DNA of 64,000 nt from Balamuthia mandrillaris (Eukaryota), in the NCBI GenBank assembly GCA_031835245.2, contig JAVKOQ020000029.1, positions 1-64,000 on the forward strand, in the 5' to 3' direction. The notes under the pieces are model-generated. The model was given only the letters and a program-made list of their open reading frames with translations. It had not been told where the DNA came from and made no database searches. The position numbers and the translations under genes are program-made. Shown here piece after piece: positions 61,687-64,000 of the stretch (position 1 is the stretch's first letter; every line of letters begins with the position of its first letter).

Positions 61687-63331
61687 ATGCACGTGACTAT
61701 CTTCGCATCTCTGCTTGTGGCAATCTTCGCCGTTTCGCAGGTGGCGGCCTTTGTGGAGGACGGCGATGCAATGGCCATCTCCCTGTTTAAGGGGTTCATG
61801 GGCAACCACAAGAAGCAATACGCCACCAGGGAGGAGTTCAACTACAGGCTGTCGGTCTTTAAGGTTTTTAATTTCATCTCAATTCACTTTTCACAATAAG
61901 TGACTGTAAAATAATTACAGGGTAATATGGAAGTGGCCAAAAAGCTTCAAAAGCTGAACCCAGCGGGGTCTTATGGGGTCACCAAGTTCTCTGACCTCAC
62001 ACCAGATGAATTCAAAAAGTTTCACCTGATGCCCAGCTTCAGCCATGAGGACATTGAGGGGGAGGCGGGGCCACTAAATAAAGCTAATTTGAACATGAGG
62101 CAGCTGCAGGACCCTCTACCGCAATCCTTTGACTGGTGCCTATCTCTCTTCCCTCCCTTTTTCAGTTCCTTTCCCTTTCCACCTGAACAAGGCAGTTTTC
62201 AACCAACACAACACCAAAAGGAGAGGTAAAGGAGCTGTTACCGCCGTGAGGGACCAAGGGCGATGTAACTCCGACTGGGTGGGTTTCTTTCCATTTTCAG
62301 TCTTTACCAAACGAAGTGCAAAGATGTTGCGTTGTTCGATGAATAACTAAAAAACGATAGGCCATCACAGTAACGGAGGCGATTGAGTCGGCGTGGTATC
62401 TGGCCGGAAACCCGTTAACTAATCTCTCCGTCTCACAAATCGTGGACTGCGACTCCTTGAGCGATGAGTGTCGGGGCGGCGCTCCCCAACTCGCGTATCG
62501 CTACGTCATAAACGCCGGAGGGCTGGAGTCGGAGGAACAGGTATGATATGAAACCCTTTCTCGTTTTGGTTTTATCATTCCTTTATTCCATGAAGTCACT
62601 CTGTTCTTCATTTACACTTTACAGTATCCCTATCAAAGACCAAGAGGTTGCAAGTGGTGGCCAGCATCAAGAGCTACCTCTACGCCACAACTTCCCACAA
62701 CGAAACGGAAATGCAGATGGTGTTGTACAACCAAGGCCCTCTGTCCGTTTGCGTTTCTTCCACCGACTGGCAACACTACCAACGAGGTTTCTAGTCTTCT
62801 TCCGTTCCCACTTTCGTTCCTTCCCGTTGTTTTTTTTAGGCAAAGTGGTAACCTGTTCTTGGAAACAACAAAAAAAAAAAAAGGAGTAATGACATACTGT
62901 TATGGCATTATGGATCACTGTGCACAGGCAACCGGCTTCACAAGTACATTTTTTTTAATGTTCCTTCTCCGTTCCTCACGGCAGCGGCTAACCGCAAACA
63001 CCACAAGACGTGCAAGGCAGTGATAATGTGACCTATCCCGTTTGGACCATTCGCAATTCTTGGGGTACCCTCATACCCCTTCCCTCTCGCCTTCCATGAT
63101 CCTTCTCTATCTTGTCGCTGCGTTAACCCTAACCATACCACCAACAGGAACGGACTGGGGAGTGGATGGTTACCTCTATTTGGAACGAAACAAGGATTTG
63201 TGCGGTACGTGTTTGCTTTCAGTTTCAGGCTGAAGCCACCTGCCATTAACTTCTGTTTATCCAATTGTGTGTGTGCAGGTGTGGCTGACTTGGCAACCAT
63301 TCCAGTTGTGGACAAGAACACCGTGGTCTGA
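61687..63331 (+). CDS. Papain-family (C1A) preproprotein with catalytic Cys replaced by Asp; multi-exon
   Basis: Signal peptide, I29 prodomain (EFNYRLSVFK/GN, YGVTKFSDLTPDEF), LPQSFDW, VRDQGRCNSDW/A, LSVSQIVDCD, GPLSVCV, MDHCAQATG, WTIRNSWG and DWGVDGY. Confidence 0.9.
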
Positions 63332-63537
63332 GTTTTGGTTCATCATCTTTCTTTTGTCATAAAAAAAAACCCTTCTTGGGTTTCTTTCGGTCTCTATGCT
63401 CTCGTTGCACCTCACCTGGGTAACTTTGCGTACAACGTCATTGCCACTCTCACGGTTCCTCAGTAGAGTCTTGCTCTTTCAATCAGACTTCTCTCTCTAT
63501 GCTGCTATGCTTCTCGCTTCACTTCTCGCCTCCAAGA

Positions 63538-63648
63538 GAAGAAGAAGAAGAAGAAGAAGAAGAAGAAGAAGAAGAAAAAGTAAAAGAAGAAGAAGAAGAA
63601 GAAGAAGAAGAAGAAGAAGAACAAGAAGAAGAACAAGAACAAGAAGAA
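63538..63648. repeat. (GAA)n microsatellite between convergent gene ends
   Basis: Direct inspection. Confidence 0.9.
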
Positions 63649-63777
63649 AACCTTTAGATACTGTTGCTGCACGTGAAGCTTTGTGAATCGTGGGTAGCGA
63701 TGGTTGAAAGTAAAAAAAAAGTTTTTTGTTCGTTTAGGAAACGACAGACAAAGCAAGAACGCCTTGTGGGTTTGTGT

Positions 63778-64000
63778 TTAGTTGGCTGCTTCAGCCTCCT
63801 TTTTATCCAACAATCTATGATTTTTTGAGAAAGAGAATATAAGTCGTTTACAAAAAAAACAAGATAACAAACAAACAAAGCTAACGTACTCATATTTTGC
63901 TTTTCTGCTGAGCTGATAGAGCTGAACGCACTCGTTGGAGAAATGGCAAGAGAAGAGCAGCATGTTCCTCGGCTTTACCATCCACGCGAACCGCATGAAC
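63778..64000 (-). CDS. MPC1: Mitochondrial pyruvate carrier 1, 3' part (5' end outside window)
   Basis: FMRFAWMVKPRNMLLFSCHFSNECVQLYQLSR matches the MPC1 signature. An intron then joins ELLDKKEAEAAN*. Confidence 0.88.
   Translation of the reverse strand, partial: FMRFAWMVKPRNMLLFSCHFSNECVQLYQLSRKAKYEYVSFVCLLSCFFCKRLIFSFSKNHRLLDKKEAEAAN

Noticed and set aside
63396..63756. Poly-Arg and poly-Phe ORFs
   Set aside because: Translations of the (GAA)n microsatellite between convergent gene ends.

Overview
Gene-dense eukaryotic DNA with many short spliceosomal GT-AG introns, frequently containing (CT)n tracts. Gene content and style suggest a free-living amoebozoan such as Balamuthia; this is inference, not established. 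About 24 protein-coding genes were reconstructed by eye across introns: TenA, PIP5K, a secreted (YDGGDVx)51 repeat protein, EMC5, a PPR protein, polyubiquitin, three intronless secreted DUF4397-like paralogs (6, 1 and 2 modules), a DYRK/CMGC-like kinase with an SH3-like insert, RsmI, GGPP synthase, a LIM protein, an LRR-pseudokinase, a 7TM protein fused to an EcKL/APH-type kinase, RasGEF, a PAK/STE20 kinase, cytochrome b561, a cysteine desulfurase-TtcA fusion, a hypothetical protein, a GNAT, a PDI-like protein, a papain homologue with Asp at the catalytic Cys position, and the 3' end of MPC1. The best candidates for novelty are (1) the secreted DUF4397-like polyprotein with seven dibasic (K/R)R-Q sites, together with its paralogs and the Tyr/Asp heptad protein (a possible wall/coat system), (2) the 7TM-small-molecule-kinase fusion, and (3) the self-contained desulfurase-TtcA RNA thiolation enzyme. 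Family calls rest on motif recognition only; no database searches were run. No rRNA, tRNA, CRISPR array or transposase was recognised.
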